In this document: positions 61,254 through 64,000 of the stretch, one piece after another
Layout of the letters: each line of letters opens with the position of its first letter
How positions within the stretch are numbered: position 1 is the stretch's first letter
Notes under the pieces: model-generated
Databases searched by the model: none
Told to the model about the DNA's origin: nothing
What the model saw: the letters and a program-made list of their open reading frames with translations, nothing else
Assembly (NCBI GenBank): GCA_965206595.1
Contig: OZ242214.1
Coordinates: forward strand, 2,880,001-2,944,000
Source of the DNA: Candidatus Latescibacterota bacterium
GTDB lineage: Bacteria > Latescibacterota > UBA2968 > UBA8231
Length of the DNA: 64,000 nucleotides
Direction of reading: 5' to 3'
Made by a program: the position numbers and the translations under genes

Positions 61254-61952
61254 TTACGACCGGTCCGGGTCGGGCAAGTCCGCGCCGGCGGCGCGAGCCG
61301 AAGGGAGTTCGGCGACAAGGATAGCCCAGCGAAGCTCCAGCCGCTTGACCCGCTCGGCCATATCCAAAGGATAGCGCCAATCCGGCTCATTCCTTTTGTC
61401 CATGCTGCATGAATCGAGATCCTTGAAAAGATCCATGCGGCAAGTCTTGTATTCCCTGAATTTGTACTGGTAGAGGCGGGACTGCCCGGGTGCAACCCTG
61501 AAAGTTTTCGGAGTGACGAGGGCGACGTAGACGCGATCGGCATACCTTCCCCGGCCCTGGAAACAGAGGGCATTCTCCGCCACGCGGGCCAGTTGGTTCC
61601 GGTGAGGGTCATGGGTAACGTCATGGGATAGATCCGAATACATCTTCATCTCGCAAAAACATACCCAGGGCTCGAAAACATCGTCGAGCTCTACCCCTCC
61701 CCTGGTATCGCCTCGGCCGCTGATGGTGCCGACAGCGAGGTCGAGGTGGGTATTCCCTTCCTGTTTTCTCGGGGGCATCGGCATGGCTTCCAGCCATATC
61801 CTGGGATTGGGGTTGAACAGGTTGGCACCGGTCAGGATTTTCGTGAGCCGCGCCACGCCCTGGGAACCCGCAATCGCGTACCCGCAGGAGGCCAGGAAAG
61901 TCCAGAGCTGCTCATCCCGCCCAACCGAACCTCCGCACACCCGCGCTACCAA
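61254..61952 (-). CDS. PD-(D/E)XK-like nuclease fragment
   Basis: THLDLAV...FCEMK..SD...NQLAR; start and end look truncated. Confidence 0.5.
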   Translation of the reverse strand: MVARVCGGSVGRDEQLWTFLASCGYAIAGSQGVARLTKILTGANLFNPNPRIWLEAMPMPPRKQEGNTHLDLAVGTISGRGDTRGGVELDDVFEPWVCFCEMKMYSDLSHDVTHDPHRNQLARVAENALCFQGRGRYADRVYVALVTPKTFRVAPGQSRLYQYKFREYKTCRMDLFKDLDSCSMDKRNEPDWRYPLDMAERVKRLELRWAILVAELPSARAAGADLPDPDRS

Positions 61953-62117
61953 GTCCTTCCAGTCGACGCTGCCCAGAGTGAGCGTGCTTTTACCGAGTCC
62001 TTGTTATCATACAACAAATCAGCAAGTGGATTCACCGCATGTCTCCTTGTTTGGGGTGCTTTCTCCCGCCGCACCCGGGTTGAATAAGGGGGATGGGGAT
62101 ATCCAGCCGGCCGCGAG

Positions 62118-62995
62118 CTACCCGGCACTACCGGGCCGGAAAAAGGGCGCCTGTGCGGGCGGCCGCAATGCAGTCGCCCCTTCCTCCCCCTCCTCGGCGA
62201 ACGGCCCCTCCCTTTCAAGCCGTTCCCATACGCGCCGGAACTCCTCGCTGCCGTCCTCCTGCCAGAGCTCGAAACCGATGCCGCGGATCGCCCCTTCCTC
62301 GGTGCCCGTCTCCCTGCCGACGTTGGGGAAGGACTGGGTGTACAGGGTCGTGCCGTAGGGCAGGCGCAGCACCCCGATGCTTCTCGGTATGCTCTCGTAA
62401 GGATCGGGGTTGGCCGCCAGCCGGTGCAGGGCCTCCTCGTCGACCTCGACACCGAGGCCGGGAGCCTCGGGCACGCGCGCGCAGCCCTCGCTCACCCGGA
62501 TCGGCTCGCGCAGGACGTCCTCCTCGTACTGCTCCATCTGCGTGATCGCGTGGCCGGTATGCGGTGGGCAGCACCGCGGCGAGGTGCAGAACCAGGGCGG
62601 TGCTCAGCCCGTTGTCGACCAGCTGGAACATCACCTGGGTGCGGAGAGCAGGGCCGCGTCCAGGCGGCCAGCGACACCGCGTCGCGCCGCTTCTGCCCCA
62701 TCAGCTTGTAGGCCGGGACCTCGAGCCGCTTCCCCATCAGGTCGTACAGGGCCGCCACCAGGCCGTGGTTGAGGTTGCTGCCGATGAAGTCGAACGGGTC
62801 GCGGCCGATGACGGACTCCACCGCGGACCGGGGCGGCACCGGGCCCCGCGTCTCCCCGTAGCCGACGAGCCCGGAGTCGGTGGCGACGCGGTACACGGCG
62901 ATCTTGGAGACCTGCCCGTAGAAGGCGAAGTTGCCGCGGTTGCGGGCCTGGTTTCGGGGGTGGATCTGGAAGACGTCTACGTCGGTGATTTTCAT
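62118..62995 (-). pseudogene. Mandelate racemase family, second copy with internal deletion and frameshifts
   Basis: Same N-terminus as 59252-59683, then jumps to LSTALVLHLAA and VPEAPGLGVEVDEEAL in other frames. Confidence 0.8.
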
Positions 62996-63052
62996 GGCGG
63001 GCCTGGGGCTCCCGGCGGCAGCAACAGGGGCAGGAGGCCTGGAGGGGGAACG

Positions 63053-63248
63053 TCAGAAGGCTTTTTCGCCGCCGGATTCCTTCAGTATGTGGTTGGCAGG
63101 TGTGACGAGATTTTATTTGTCGGGCAACGGTAACGTGTCTTTTTGTCAGAGGGCTATACCAGATCTCGTGACTGCCCTTTCCATCTCGAACTTTATGGCA
63201 CCCCATATCCGTGAGCAGTCTTCTGACCTGCCTTGAAAAATCCGCCAC
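63053..63248 (-). pseudogene. hicA: HicA-family toxin with +1 frameshift
   Basis: GCHKVRDGKGSHEIWYSP; removing one base near 63100 restores SRHTANHILKESGGEKAF-stop. Confidence 0.8.
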
Positions 63249-63481
63249 TACACAAACTCAAGCACTGTTTCGCCGTGTATTTTGCAGGGAAGGGGGGCGG
63301 CCGTGTCGCCTGTAACGCCGTTCAGGCGCAGCAATTCCGGCACCAGACTGCGCGCCTCCTCGATTATGCCATCGAGGGTGTCTGCTTCAATGACCAAGCC
63401 CGGGACCTCCTCACTGGTGGCAACCCATACCTTCGCTTCGGAATCCCAGATCGAATTGATAGTGATCTCTCTGACAACCAT
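63248..63481 (-). CDS. DUF1902/HicB-like antitoxin
   Basis: WDSEAKVWVATSEEVPGLVIEADT...PELLRLN; AGGAG RBS. Confidence 0.85.
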   Translation of the reverse strand: MVVREITINSIWDSEAKVWVATSEEVPGLVIEADTLDGIIEEARSLVPELLRLNGVTGDTAAPLPCKIHGETVLEFV

Positions 63482-64000
63482 ATCGCTCCTCCTTTGATTC
63501 GAAACAGAGCCGGAACCGATCAGCACGTTTTCGCCCCTTGCTCCCTCTGGACAGAAGCCTTGCTGGTCCGGGTACCCCATGCCGATGGGTCCGGCGCCGC
63601 CTTGCGGCGGCGAAGATCACCTTGCTAAATCGTTCTGTCAACGCGATCTCCCCTCCCAAATCAGCAGGCAACGGGGTTCGGCGAAATGGTCCGGGCCAGG
63701 GAGGCAGCCGGACCCATCGGCGAAACCGAGAGGAGCTCCGATCCTGATGGGAAAGGGGATTCTTCGACCGGGCCTGGAGGCTCAATGGGGGCGGACGGAG
63801 GGACACAGCCCGCGTCACTTGACCGGTTCTGGATGACGGCCTTATTAGTTGAAGACGACAGGCTTCCATTCCATGGACCTGGTACTGACGGTTCTGCAAG
63901 AAGAAGCCGGAGGAAACTCGAAGGCGCGAAAAGATCTGGACCATGGTGATGAAGGCATGGCTGAAAACCCGTATTCCCGAAAAAATCCAGTTGCGGGTGG

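Noticed and set aside
63785-63830. GACGGAGGGAC..GCCC resembling SAM-I riboswitch P2, or GGGGGCGG resembling a tmRNA start
   Set aside because: The other conserved elements (AUC-AGAG, GCAACC, GGUGC; GGAUUCGAC) are missing

Overview
GC-rich bacterial window. FlgD-Ig/dockerin secreted proteins, a C-terminal TSWGKIK motif, PhyH dioxygenases, Sel1 repeats and AAA-PD-(D/E)XK paralogues suggest a Latescibacterota/Poribacteria-like symbiont (inference only). The centre is a ~30 kb CRISPR-Cas island (~9.95-40.4 kb) bracketed by an ~80 bp diverged duplication of a host gene 3' end. It holds one tightly coupled hybrid operon in which a complete type III-B module (Csx1-like CARF-HEPN-CARF, cmr1, cas10, cmr3-6) sits inside a type I-G operon (csb1, csb2 ... 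cas3, cas8g-like), with no standalone cas6. Csb2 (Cas5-Cas6 fusion) carries an in-frame ~300 aa phosphoribosyltransferase-like insertion, the most novel signal here. A divergent one-spacer mini-CRISPR upstream matches the cas promoter next to a TTT PAM, suggesting RNA-guided autorepression. Next come three tandem AAA-ATPase/PD-(D/E)XK paralogues, cas2, cas4-cas1 and an array of ~101 repeats (hand count) with aberrantly short or broken leader-proximal units and a 347 bp MITE-like element in the last spacer. The flanks encode housekeeping/metabolic genes (NUDIX, nucleoside hydrolase-gluconokinase fusion, MFS, mnmA, sirtuin, PhyH), secreted proteins, a TonB iron-uptake locus, a TM0106-type nuclease-helicase and several pseudogenes and toxin-antitoxin remnants.
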